From an uncultured delta proteobacterium (lineage in GTDB: Bacteria; Myxococcota_A; Polyangia; Polyangiales; Polyangiaceae): DNA of 64,000 bases. Both the position numbers and the translations under genes were made by a program. Position 1 is the stretch's first letter, and every line of letters begins with the position of its first letter. Shown piece after piece: positions 35,414 to 44,769 of this stretch. The notes under the pieces are model-generated. The model saw only the letters and a list, made by a program, of their open reading frames with translations. It did no database searches and had not been told where the DNA came from. The stretch covers positions 256,001-320,000 of the forward strand of contig CAWKKR010000007.1 of the NCBI GenBank assembly GCA_963850305.1, read 5' to 3'.

Positions 35414-36676
35414 TCATGGATTCTCCTCGCAGCTCGGTAACACCACTCGGAACAGCACACCCCCTCCGGAACGATTCGCGACGTCGATGGCGCCTCCGGC
35501 CTCCTCCACGATGGCCTTGGAGATGGCGAGCCCCAGCCCGGTATTTCGCGCGGAGGTTCCCGCGTGGAGTGGATCGAACAGCGCGAGCAGATCCTTTTCC
35601 TCGATGTTCGGGCCGTTGTCCATGATCTCGAGCCGCACGGTCCCGTCTTCTTCGAAGAGCCTGACGACGATGAAGCGATCTTCGGGCGCGCGCTCCCCGA
35701 CTGCGTCGATCGCGTTGACGAGAAGGTTCAACGCGACCTGGCTCAGCTTTGCGCTCGTGCAGCGCACCTTCGGCACTGCCCGGATGTCGAGACGCACGTC
35801 GGTTCCGTGGCGAATCTCCGCCCGGACGAGCTTCAGCGCGACCCGAAGCACCTCGGTCATCTCCACGAGCTCCGTGTCGCCGTTCGTCGCCGGGAGCTCC
35901 ACGCTGTGCGCGATATCGAGCACGCGGTCCGAGCCCTGGAGAGCGCGTTCCAGGAACTGCTCGACCTCGAGCAGCTTCGTTCTGAGAGTGCGTAGCTCGG
36001 GGCTCGATTGCAGTTCGAGACGGTTCGCGACCGAACGCAACTCGGTCCGCGACGCGACGAGAGAGTCTCGAATCCACGACGCCGGCCGGGCGAGCTCGCG
36101 CCCGATCCCGGCTGCGACCAGCCCGAGGGCGTAGACCCGCTCGGTGAGTAGCAGGCGTTTCTCCGCCGTCCGCACGCGCTGCCGTAGCTCGTAGAGATCG
36201 AGGGAATCGGAGATCTCGGCGCGGAGCTCGGGAAGGGTGCACGGCTTTTTCAGGTAACGCCGCACATGGCCGCGGTTGATCGCGTCGATCGACGCGTCGA
36301 TGTCGGAGTAAGCCGTGATCAGGATGCGGATCGTCTCGGGGAACTCGGTGCGGACCTGTTCCAGCAGCTGAATGCCCGTCGTGCGCGGCATGCGCTGGTC
36401 GGCGAGGATCACGCCCACCTCGTGCTCGCGCATCAACGCCAGGGCATGTTCGGCCCCATTCGCCGTGAGCGCACGGAACCGGTCGGTGCACGCCGCTTCC
36501 CAGACGACGAGATTGGACTCGTCGTCATCGACGAAGAGAACGTGTGCCGCCGAATGTCTGCTGGACACCGAGACGTGGCTGCTGCGGCCGGAAGTCACGG
36601 GCCTCGCGCGGCCGGCCTCGCGCTCGAGACCGTCATCGTGCGTTCGCGCCGCACCCGAGTCAGCGGTCGATCGCAT
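35414..36676 (-). CDS. Receiver-HisKA-HATPase protein (PhcR-like) lacking the phospho-His
   Basis: GGAGG RBS; FVDDD, ADQRMP, TAYSDID...AIN, YLKKP; H-box reads GIGRELARP; NLLVNAIDA, DNGP, GLGL. Confidence 0.85.
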   Translation of the reverse strand: MRSTADSGAARTHDDGLEREAGRARPVTSGRSSHVSVSSRHSAAHVLFVDDDESNLVVWEAACTDRFRALTANGAEHALALMREHEVGVILADQRMPRTTGIQLLEQVRTEFPETIRILITAYSDIDASIDAINRGHVRRYLKKPCTLPELRAEISDSLDLYELRQRVRTAEKRLLLTERVYALGLVAAGIGRELARPASWIRDSLVASRTELRSVANRLELQSSPELRTLRTKLLEVEQFLERALQGSDRVLDIAHSVELPATNGDTELVEMTEVLRVALKLVRAEIRHGTDVRLDIRAVPKVRCTSAKLSQVALNLLVNAIDAVGERAPEDRFIVVRLFEEDGTVRLEIMDNGPNIEEKDLLALFDPLHAGTSARNTGLGLAISKAIVEEAGGAIDVANRSGGGVLFRVVLPSCEENP

Positions 36677-36950
36677 GGACCCTCCCAGGCACGGTCGACT
36701 CGCCCGGTCTCGCTCCGGGCGTCCGCGCCATCAGGTGCGTCGTGCTCCGTGTCCATCGTGTCGAGTGCACAGTCGATCCTTGAATACGGCTCCGAGCAAC
36801 CTTCATCTAGTAACACGAACATACTCGCGCTCGTGACGGCAAATCCTCGTGCGTGCTCGGCCGTCGACTTAGCGAAGCCAGTGTTCGTGCACGCGAGTTT
36901 TGTGCGCGTTCCACGATGCCGTTCGTGAACGTGACCGCTCGTGACGTTCC

Positions 36951-36980
36951 ACGTTGCGAGTCGGTTACGTGATCGTTACG
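36951..36980 (-). promoter_or_regulatory. Possible OmpR/PhoB-type direct repeats upstream of the PhcR-like gene
   Basis: Minus strand GTAAC, GTAAC, GCAAC at exact 11-bp period (plus-strand 36975, 36964, 36953). Confidence 0.3.
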
Positions 36981-38212
36981 CGAGAGTGTCCGTCGTTTGT
37001 GTTCGCTGGAGCCAGAGCTCGTTCTAGCGCAGTGATCCGTCTCGCTCGTCGACCCGCGGAAGTCCGGCATTGTTTGCGTTTCGTTGCCAGGCCGGGTCCT
37101 CGTGGACGCAGGCTCGCGTCCCGGGCCAGCGCCGACGATGTAGATGAGGGCGGGGCAGCATGCCTGGAGTGCCCGGCCAGGAGTGCGCCGCCGGTCGCGA
37201 CCCAGAAGAGCTCGCGTAATCGCTTGAGCACCATGAACGCGCAACAGCAGGTCGGGTCGCAGCCCATGCCGGCGAGGAACACGGCGTAACCTATTTCCTG
37301 CACGCCGAGGCCGCCGGGGACGACGACGAGCAAGTTGCGGCCGAGCACGACGAGCGCTTCGACGCCGACGGCATCACCCCACGCGATGTTCGAACCCAGG
37401 AGATGAAGCAAGAGCCACGTTTCGGTCGCTTCCGAGAGCCATGCGAGGAGGCAGGGTGTGGCGAGCCGGAGTCGCAGGTTGAGGCTCGCGCCGAAGAACC
37501 GCGTCGCGGTTTCGTCCGAACGAGCGAGTTCGGCGTCCCAGGAAGCGAGTTTCTCCCGGAGAGCGCGGCACGGCAGCCTCGCGAGTGCGCGAAGCGCGGC
37601 ATGGAACGCAAGGCTGCCGCGGAGCGACAGTGCCATCGCCTCCGAAGAAAGAAGAAGACCCAGGGCCGCACCCGGGACGAGCACTGCCCAGTTGCTGGAG
37701 CCCGCCAGCCAATCGAACCCTACTCCGAGGGCGTGATGGCCCAGTACGAATCCCGCCAGCAGGTACACGCTCTGCGCGAGGAGCAGGAGGTATCTGCGAG
37801 AAGCGACGCCTACGACGTTGGTCGATGTCGGCGTGCCGCAGTGCTTCGGTAGAAGATGCAGCTTGAGCCCTTCTGCCCAAACCGCACCGAACGGCAGAAT
37901 CGATCCCGCGGACTCGCTCGCGACGCGAACCCGAACGAGCGCCCAGAACGTGGGGCGCGGCCCGAGAATCGAGAACGCGCTCCGCCAGGCGAACACCTCG
38001 AGCGAGAGCGCGGCGAACGAAGGCAGGATGACGACGGCGGCAGAGAGTCCCAACCCTCGGATCAGTCTCGCCACGTGCGACAGATCAATCCCGCGAAAGG
38101 CGACGTATGAAAGAAAGCCGCCGGCCAGGATGCCGGCGATTCGGACGATGCTGCCGGGACTGGCTCCCAGGACGCGTACGGGGCCGCCGGCGGTCCATGC
38201 TTCCCCGGGCAT
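36965..38212 (-). CDS. UPF0104/flippase-like membrane protein, paralogue of 13766..14905
   Basis: Shares AWRSAFS, RVRVASES, EATETWL, WGDAVGVEALV, PGGLG.QE.GY with the 13.8-kb gene. Confidence 0.8.
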   Translation of the reverse strand: MPGEAWTAGGPVRVLGASPGSIVRIAGILAGGFLSYVAFRGIDLSHVARLIRGLGLSAAVVILPSFAALSLEVFAWRSAFSILGPRPTFWALVRVRVASESAGSILPFGAVWAEGLKLHLLPKHCGTPTSTNVVGVASRRYLLLLAQSVYLLAGFVLGHHALGVGFDWLAGSSNWAVLVPGAALGLLLSSEAMALSLRGSLAFHAALRALARLPCRALREKLASWDAELARSDETATRFFGASLNLRLRLATPCLLAWLSEATETWLLLHLLGSNIAWGDAVGVEALVVLGRNLLVVVPGGLGVQEIGYAVFLAGMGCDPTCCCAFMVLKRLRELFWVATGGALLAGHSRHAAPPSSTSSALARDASLRPRGPGLATKRKQCRTSAGRRARRITALERALAPANTNDGHSRVTIT

Positions 38213-38427
38213 CGTGGCGACGTCCGGTCCCCTTGCGTGCGGGATCGAACTCCAACACTCCCTCGGCTTTTCGGACGGCCGGTATCGAGCATTCGATATC
38301 GCTCCAGCACTTTGCATGCCCGTGCGCCCTGCGAGAGTGCGACCGCTCGAGGGTCAGCCGGCATCGTGCAGGGCCCCGTGCGCCTCGACCGGAGCCATGG
38401 GCACGCGCCAGTCTGGGCGCCTCGTCT

Positions 38428-38457
38428 TTGACAGTGCGGACTGTTACGGTGTAAATT
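38428..38457 (+). promoter_or_regulatory. Sigma70-type promoter with dyad operator for the MerR-family gene
   Basis: TTGACA-18 nt-TAAATT; TGACAGT-GCGG-ACTGTTA palindrome overlapping -35; ATG 7 nt after -10. Confidence 0.7.
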
Positions 38458-38464
38458 CGCGAGA

Positions 38465-39250
38465 ATGCCTGGAGAAAGTGAGCAGACCAGCGCTGCCGGT
38501 GCGGATTCGGAGCGACCGGGGGGCGCGCTGACGATCGACGAACTCGCCGCACAGACCGGGGTGCCGAGTCGGACCATCCGCTTCTATCAAGCCAAGGGGG
38601 CGCTCGCTCCGCCCGTTCGAAGGGGGCGCGTCGCATACTACGACGAATCCCACGCCGAGCGGCTGCGGCTCGTCGCACACATGCAAGATCGCGGGCTCAG
38701 CCTGCGGGCGATCCGTGACTTGTTCCAGCGAACCGAAGGCGGAGACGTCTCGGTTTCCCAGTGGCTCGGTGTGGGCGAACAACTCCGGGCCCCCTGGACC
38801 GACGATCGTCCTCGAGTGTGCACCGAAGAGGAGTTGGAGCAACTGCTCGGCGGTCCCCTCCGTCCCGGACTCATTTCCGACCTGACACGAACCGGTCTCC
38901 TGCGGCGTGAGACGGGAACTTCGCCCACGACGTATTTCATTCAGAGCCCGGCGATGCTCCAGATCGCGCTGAGCCTCGAAATGGCGGGCGTCGGGATCGA
39001 AACGGCGCACATCGCTCACGACATCCTGCGAAAGCAGATCGGTCGCGCCGCCGACGATCTCGTCGAGTACTTCATTCGCAGCGTTCAGGATGCCGCCGGA
39101 CCGGACGAAGTCACTCGCTCTCTGAGTGCGCTCCGCGCGGCGGGAGCTGAAGCCGTTCGCCTCGTATTTGCGCAGGAGATCGAGCGAGCTCTCCGCGAGG
39201 CCGTGGAGCAGGGGCGCGCCCTGCCTCCGGTCCGGAAGCGTAGGCGCTGA
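38465..39250 (+). CDS. MerR-family transcriptional regulator
   Basis: LTIDELAAQTGVPSRTIRFYQAKGAL, YDESHAERL, GLSLRAIR. Confidence 0.9.
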   Translation: MPGESEQTSAAGADSERPGGALTIDELAAQTGVPSRTIRFYQAKGALAPPVRRGRVAYYDESHAERLRLVAHMQDRGLSLRAIRDLFQRTEGGDVSVSQWLGVGEQLRAPWTDDRPRVCTEEELEQLLGGPLRPGLISDLTRTGLLRRETGTSPTTYFIQSPAMLQIALSLEMAGVGIETAHIAHDILRKQIGRAADDLVEYFIRSVQDAAGPDEVTRSLSALRAAGAEAVRLVFAQEIERALREAVEQGRALPPVRKRRR

Positions 39251-39255
39251 GCCTC

Positions 39256-40788
39256 TCAGCTCGCGTACTTCTCGCGCGCGAGCTTTCGCACCTCCTTCTT
39301 CTGGATCTTGCCGATCGTGGTCTTCGGGAGCGCGCTCACGAACTCGACGTATCTGGGTGTCTTGTACCTGGCCAGGTTCGCCTGGCAGTGAGTCCTCAGT
39401 TCGTCCGTGTCGAGCGTCATTCCGGCCCGGGTAACCACGTACGCGCACACTTCTTCGCCCATGCGCTCGTCAGGAACGCCGACGACGGCGACTTCCTGCA
39501 CCGAGGGGTGACGGTAAATCACTTCCTCGACGTCCTTCGGGTAGACATTGAGGCCGCCGCGAATGATGAGGTCCTTCTTTCTTTCGACGATGAACAGATA
39601 CCCGTCTTCATCGAGGTACCCGATGTCGCCCGTGTGGAGCCAGCCGTCCCGGAACGTCTCGGCAGTGGCGTCGAGGTTTCGGTAATAACCCGGGCTGATA
39701 TTTTCGCCGCGCGCACACACTTCTCCAAGTTCTCCGCACGGCAAGTTGCGACCTTCGTCGTCGATGACTTTGAGCTCCACTCCGGCCATGGCCGTGCCGG
39801 TCGAGCCGGGTTTGCGCGGCATACCCTCTCTCTCCACGGCGAGCCCCGGACTCGCCTCGGTGAGTCCGTAACCGACGTGCATCGTCCCGCCGAACTTCGC
39901 CTCGAATTCGCGGAGCTGCTCGACCGGCATCGGCGCCGCGCCGACGAGCCAGCGTTCGACCGACGACGTGTCGTAACGGGCCGCGTTCGGATGCATCATC
40001 ATGTAAACGAACATGGTCGGAACTCCCGCCATGTACTTCACGCGGTACTTCGCGATCAGCGCCAGCGCCTCTTCGGGATTGAACCAGCGCATGAGCACGT
40101 AACGGCTACCGAACAGATATCCGCTCACCGTGACGCCGAGTCCAAAACTGTGCGCGAGCGGAAGGACCAGCAAGCTCGACTCGCCGCGTTTTCGATCCGC
40201 CGCACTGTTCCACGAGTTCATCGCGTTCGAGTAGAGATTGTGGTGCGTCTGCATCACCCCCTTCGGCTGTCCCGTCGTGCCGCTCGTATAAAGGATGGTG
40301 GCAAGATCCGCAGGACCGCGCGGGACGACGGTCGACAGAGGCGGGCGCGCCGCGACCAGGTCGTCGAACGACAGCGTCCCTTCGGGCAAGCTCGCTCGAT
40401 CTCCGGTCACGATGATTCGCACGTGCGTGCCGAGCGTCTTCGTCGCGGCCTGAACCTTGTGGACCACGTCGGTCGACGTGAGGATCGCCGTCGCACCCGA
40501 GTTCTCGAGAATGAAACCGAGTTCGACCGCCTCCAGCAGAAACAGGACGGGGATCGCCGTCATACCGGCGCGCCAGATCCCCGCGTAGCTGGCGAACACT
40601 TCCGGACGGTTGGGCATCATCACGACGACCTTGTCGTCGGGCGACAACCCCAGGGCGATGAGAGCCGCGGCCAGACGCGCCCCGAGTTCGTGAAGCGCCC
40701 GATTCGAGTACGCGCGTCCCTCGAAGATGACCGAATCGTATTGCCCGTACTCTTCGAGATTCCGATCCGCGAGCGTCGCGAGGTTCAT
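39256..40788 (-). CDS. Long-chain fatty acyl-CoA synthetase (AMP-binding)
   Basis: YTSGTTGQPKG, GYGLTE, GWLHTGD, RKKDLIIRGG, GKIQK. Confidence 0.93.
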   Translation of the reverse strand: MNLATLADRNLEEYGQYDSVIFEGRAYSNRALHELGARLAAALIALGLSPDDKVVVMMPNRPEVFASYAGIWRAGMTAIPVLFLLEAVELGFILENSGATAILTSTDVVHKVQAATKTLGTHVRIIVTGDRASLPEGTLSFDDLVAARPPLSTVVPRGPADLATILYTSGTTGQPKGVMQTHHNLYSNAMNSWNSAADRKRGESSLLVLPLAHSFGLGVTVSGYLFGSRYVLMRWFNPEEALALIAKYRVKYMAGVPTMFVYMMMHPNAARYDTSSVERWLVGAAPMPVEQLREFEAKFGGTMHVGYGLTEASPGLAVEREGMPRKPGSTGTAMAGVELKVIDDEGRNLPCGELGEVCARGENISPGYYRNLDATAETFRDGWLHTGDIGYLDEDGYLFIVERKKDLIIRGGLNVYPKDVEEVIYRHPSVQEVAVVGVPDERMGEEVCAYVVTRAGMTLDTDELRTHCQANLARYKTPRYVEFVSALPKTTIGKIQKKEVRKLAREKYAS

Positions 40789-40833
40789 GCGCCGTTCCCC
40801 GGGGGTTGCATCGGCGGATGATACTCTCGGACC

Positions 40834-42072
40834 TCAACCGAGACGGGCACGACGCACGGACCTTCCAAAAAAATCCTTCACGAGGCGGTGCGTCAACTCG
40901 GGTTGCTCGAACTGGGGGATGTGGCCGCAGTCGTCGAGGACGACGGACTCCGCCCACGGCAACGCCTGCTCCACGTGTCGTGCGAAGCCGATGGGAACCA
41001 TCCGATCCCGATCGCCCCAGAGGAACAACGCGGGCACGCCGAGGCCTCCGAGCCGCGACCAGAACCCGTACGGACCGAAGGGCTGCTCGAGATAGATCTG
41101 GCGCGCTGCGGCGAACAGCGCGACTCGTCCGCTCGGTGTCCGGAACACCCTTAGAAATTCGTCGGTCGCCGCGTCGTGCCACGACGCGGGCAGGCGATCC
41201 GGATTCGAGAACAGCAGTCGAAGCCCATGCCGGGCCTGGGAACCGAGTGCGGGAAGCGGCAGCGCGCCCATCTCCGGTGACAGGAATTTCGCGATTGGAA
41301 CCGCGTGACGGAGGCGGCGGAACGCCAGGGACGGTGCGAGGAGCGCCACGGCATCGATGCGTTCCGGTGCGAGGAGCGCCGTCTCCAGTGCGACGCGCCC
41401 GCCCATCGAATTGCCCACCAGGCTCGCCCGGTGAATGCCAATCGCGTCCATGAACGCAAGGAGCCACCGTGCGAAAAAAGGAGCATCGTACGCGGCGTGC
41501 GGCTTCGCCGAGTCACCGAAGCCGGGCAGGTCGGGTGCGAGCACGCGGTGCTCGGCGGCGACGGCCGCGAGCGTCGGGATCATCGAGGCATTGGTCGCGC
41601 CGAGCCCGTGCAAGAGGATCACGGGCGGACCGGCTCCGGCTTCGAGATAGAAGGTGTCGATGCCCGCCGCTTCGACGCGCTTGGGCTTTGCGCGGTCCGA
41701 GGGGCGCGAGCGTCGATCGAACACGCCGTCCAGTTTCAGTGCGAGAGAGAGGTTGCCCCGCACCCGAAGCCGTCCGCGAAGAAACGACTCGATGCCCCCT
41801 CGCTTGCCGCGGACGATCCCCGCGAGAGTGAGCGGATCGCCGGTGATGGTCGTCTCGGCGTCGCGGGCGCGTCCTTGCTCCACGGAGAGCCGTCCGTGCT
41901 CGATGCGTACCGTCCAGAGCTCCGATGTGCCGTCGTCGAGGACCACCGCTCCCGAGAGCCCGCGCATCGCCGGCGGTCGCGGCGCGAAATGTGCGAACGT
42001 CTCGCACAGCGCTCCGCTCGTGTTCGTTTGACGCACGCCGTCGAGGGATGGCCACCGGGCGAGCCGCAGCAT
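40834..42072 (-). CDS. SCP2 sterol-carrier domain fused to alpha/beta hydrolase
   Basis: FLRGRLRVRGNLSLA (SCP2); HGLG, DLPGFG, GNSMGG, WGDRD, CGHIPQ; start ATG 42072 or GTG 42138. Confidence 0.87.
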   Translation of the reverse strand: MLRLARWPSLDGVRQTNTSGALCETFAHFAPRPPAMRGLSGAVVLDDGTSELWTVRIEHGRLSVEQGRARDAETTITGDPLTLAGIVRGKRGGIESFLRGRLRVRGNLSLALKLDGVFDRRSRPSDRAKPKRVEAAGIDTFYLEAGAGPPVILLHGLGATNASMIPTLAAVAAEHRVLAPDLPGFGDSAKPHAAYDAPFFARWLLAFMDAIGIHRASLVGNSMGGRVALETALLAPERIDAVALLAPSLAFRRLRHAVPIAKFLSPEMGALPLPALGSQARHGLRLLFSNPDRLPASWHDAATDEFLRVFRTPSGRVALFAAARQIYLEQPFGPYGFWSRLGGLGVPALFLWGDRDRMVPIGFARHVEQALPWAESVVLDDCGHIPQFEQPELTHRLVKDFFGRSVRRARLG

Positions 42073-42267
42073 GTCGGCATTTTCGACGCGATCCGCCAGG
42101 CGAGGAAAATTTCCCGATCCGAAGCGGACCTGCGACACGACCGCTGAGGTTGTCGATTGAGCTCTTGCGTAGTGGCGAGTGTCGCGGGGATGGAGCTACC
42201 ATCATGAAGATTCGCGCCGGAGGAGTATTTTTCGAGGCCGGCGCACTTTCCCTGGGATCACGTCATC

Positions 42268-42507
42268 ATGCGACTTGCGAAGCGGTTTATGGCTTTCGTT
42301 GCCTCCCTGCTGCTGGTGGGCGGCATGGTGTCAGCGTGCGCGTCCGATGAGGCGATCCCCGGAGGCACATTCAACGATGCCGGCAAGGGGTGCAGCGTTC
42401 AGTTCTGCCCGCTCCCGACGACCACGGGCCAGGCCTGTTGCACTACGGACGGACATTGCGGCGTGGACTACGGCAACGGTTGTACGACGCCGCGTGACGG
42501 AGGCTGA
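42268..42507 (+). CDS. Small Cys-rich lipoprotein
   Basis: Lipobox VSAC; six further Cys (C...C...CC...C...C). Confidence 0.65.
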   Translation: MRLAKRFMAFVASLLLVGGMVSACASDEAIPGGTFNDAGKGCSVQFCPLPTTTGQACCTTDGHCGVDYGNGCTTPRDGG

Positions 42508-42531
42508 TTCGCCGTAGCGATCTCCCGGGTT

Positions 42532-44514
42532 TCACTCGGGGATCTGGAAACCCTTCGAGACCGTCACGGCGCTTCCCGTGAAGGGCGGGATTCTCACGGT
42601 TCGAAACTGTCGCGCGATGCACTCCGCCGTCGGTGTTCCCGCGAGACTTCCCGAGATCGACACGTTCTGCGCGATTCCGCTCGGCCCGATGGTCACGGCG
42701 GCGCGGCCCGGACCCGAGTCCCCACCGGGGCGCCGGCAGATCAGCGCCAGGTTCGCGGCACGCACGAGCGCCGCCTGTGCCGCGGTTCGATCGAAGCCGC
42801 CGGACGTCGGCGCCGGCGGAACGGGCTGCGCGGGCGCTGGATGCGTGCTCGCGCCTCCGCCGTTGTCGTCCAGGCTCACTGACTTGGCGACGGCAGCCAC
42901 GCGGTCGGCCTCGCTCTCCTCGGTGAGCGTGACCTTGACGGGTTCCGGATCCTTGGGCTGCGCGCGAATCGCTGCCATATCTTCCGCGAGGCGATCGCTC
43001 GTCGCTGTCGGGGCGGGCCCCGCCGGATTGAGCGCGCCCGCGGGCGAGGGCGCCGGGGTCTGTGGCCGCTCGTGTTCTGCGGCGGCTGCGGCCGCGGCCG
43101 CAGGATCCTCGGGGAGGCTATCGATACTGAGCCCCTTGGGCTGATTCGGCGATGTCGTCGAACGATGCACCGGAGCCGAGACCGATCCTGACGGCGCGTC
43201 GACGAGCCGGCTCGCTTCGTGAACCTCGGGGGGGCCCGACTTCAAGCTGAAAAGCCCGACGACGCTTGCCGTGAGCAGGACGCCGAGCGCGACACCGCCA
43301 AGCACCATCCGGCTCGAACGAACCGGGGCAGCCGACGGTTGGCTGAGCGTCTGCACGCCACTCGACCCGTCGCCCGGCAGGAATGCGGCGCCCAGGTGAG
43401 CACCACTCCTCGATTGAGACACGCTCGGGTCGCTCGGCGGCTCTGCGCTCGACACGCTGACGCTGATCGCTTCGTCGTCGCTGCCCAGCAGGGGTTCGTC
43501 GGACACGAGCGTCTGTGTCGACGACGCGCCATCGAGCGAGCGAATCGCGCTGCGGATCTGCTGCCGACGCTGATCGATCTTGCTCCCCAGGACCCGGCGA
43601 AGCATCCCCTTTACGCCCGCCGCCGGCACCAGAATGCGCTCTTCCACCAGATAGCTTTCGAGTGCGTCTCGAAACTCGTCCGCGGTTTGAAATCGCTTTT
43701 CGACGTCTCGCTCGAGCGCCTTGGTGACGATGGCTTCGAGCCGCTCCGGGTATCTCGCGATGACCTGGGAGGGTCTCGGGATCTTTCCAAATGTGACGAG
43801 CTCGAGCGTGTGGCGATCGTCCCGGCCGCGGAAGAGCCGATACCCGGTGGTGAGCTCGAACAGCACGATACCGAGCGAAAAGACGTCGCTGCGGCGGTCG
43901 AGTGGCCTCGCCTGCGCCTGCTCTGGCGACATGTAGCCGAACTTCCCGCGGATCTTCACCTCTTCGTCGGTGCTGATCTGATTCATGGCGCCCGCCACGC
44001 CGAAGTCGACGAGCTTCACTACGCCGTCGAGGCCGATGAGAATGTTGTGAGGCGAGACGTCGCAGTGGACGATCTCCTTGAGCTGCCCGTCCCAGCCTCG
44101 CAGTTCGTGCGCCGCGTGTAGTCCGGCCGCCGTATCGGCGATGAGCCGGACCGCGACTTCGCTCGGGATGGGGCGTCGCTTGTTGGCTTCGGCGATCAGG
44201 GTGTGGAGCGAATCTCCCTCCACCCATTCCATGGCCATGTAAAGCGCCCCGTGAGCTTCCCCGACGTCGTACACCCGCACCACGTTCGGATGTTCGATGC
44301 TGCGGACGATCTGGCCTTCGTCGAGAAACATCGACCGAAATTCCATGTTCGTCGCAAGCTCGGGCAGCATTGCCTTTACGGCGACGAGCTGCTCCGGTGC
44401 GCCCGGCGTGGGTCGCCCGCGCGCGACCCACACACTCGCCATGCCCCCGCGTCCAACGCGAACGAGCAATTCGTGGCCGCCGACAATCGATCCGCGCTCT
44501 AACTCCAAGCCCAT
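42532..44514 (-). CDS. Membrane Ser/Thr protein kinase with extracytoplasmic AgmX/PglI-like C-terminal domain
   Basis: GRGGMASVW, VAVK, HCDVSPHN, DFG, GKFGYMSPEQ, one TM, C...C-containing TonB_C-like tail. Confidence 0.9.
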   Translation of the reverse strand: MGLELERGSIVGGHELLVRVGRGGMASVWVARGRPTPGAPEQLVAVKAMLPELATNMEFRSMFLDEGQIVRSIEHPNVVRVYDVGEAHGALYMAMEWVEGDSLHTLIAEANKRRPIPSEVAVRLIADTAAGLHAAHELRGWDGQLKEIVHCDVSPHNILIGLDGVVKLVDFGVAGAMNQISTDEEVKIRGKFGYMSPEQAQARPLDRRSDVFSLGIVLFELTTGYRLFRGRDDRHTLELVTFGKIPRPSQVIARYPERLEAIVTKALERDVEKRFQTADEFRDALESYLVEERILVPAAGVKGMLRRVLGSKIDQRRQQIRSAIRSLDGASSTQTLVSDEPLLGSDDEAISVSVSSAEPPSDPSVSQSRSGAHLGAAFLPGDGSSGVQTLSQPSAAPVRSSRMVLGGVALGVLLTASVVGLFSLKSGPPEVHEASRLVDAPSGSVSAPVHRSTTSPNQPKGLSIDSLPEDPAAAAAAAAEHERPQTPAPSPAGALNPAGPAPTATSDRLAEDMAAIRAQPKDPEPVKVTLTEESEADRVAAVAKSVSLDDNGGGASTHPAPAQPVPPAPTSGGFDRTAAQAALVRAANLALICRRPGGDSGPGRAAVTIGPSGIAQNVSISGSLAGTPTAECIARQFRTVRIPPFTGSAVTVSKGFQIPE

Positions 44515-44769
44515 GTTGTCTATCGGAGCGTGAGCTCGGACGTGCGGACGACGCGCCGAACCTGTCGACGAGCTCACGACGTAGTCTAGCTTTTCGGAAT
44601 CAGAAACGCCTGAAAACCGACCACCATACGCACCGCGTCAGCCGTTCGCCAAACTCCGCGACGAGGCGCCCCCGGCTCTCGGCGTGCCGCGTGCTATGCC
44701 CTACTTTCGCATACACCCCCGTCCGCGGAAGCTTTGGGGACCTGTCTGCCGAAGTGCTACGAGGGCGCC

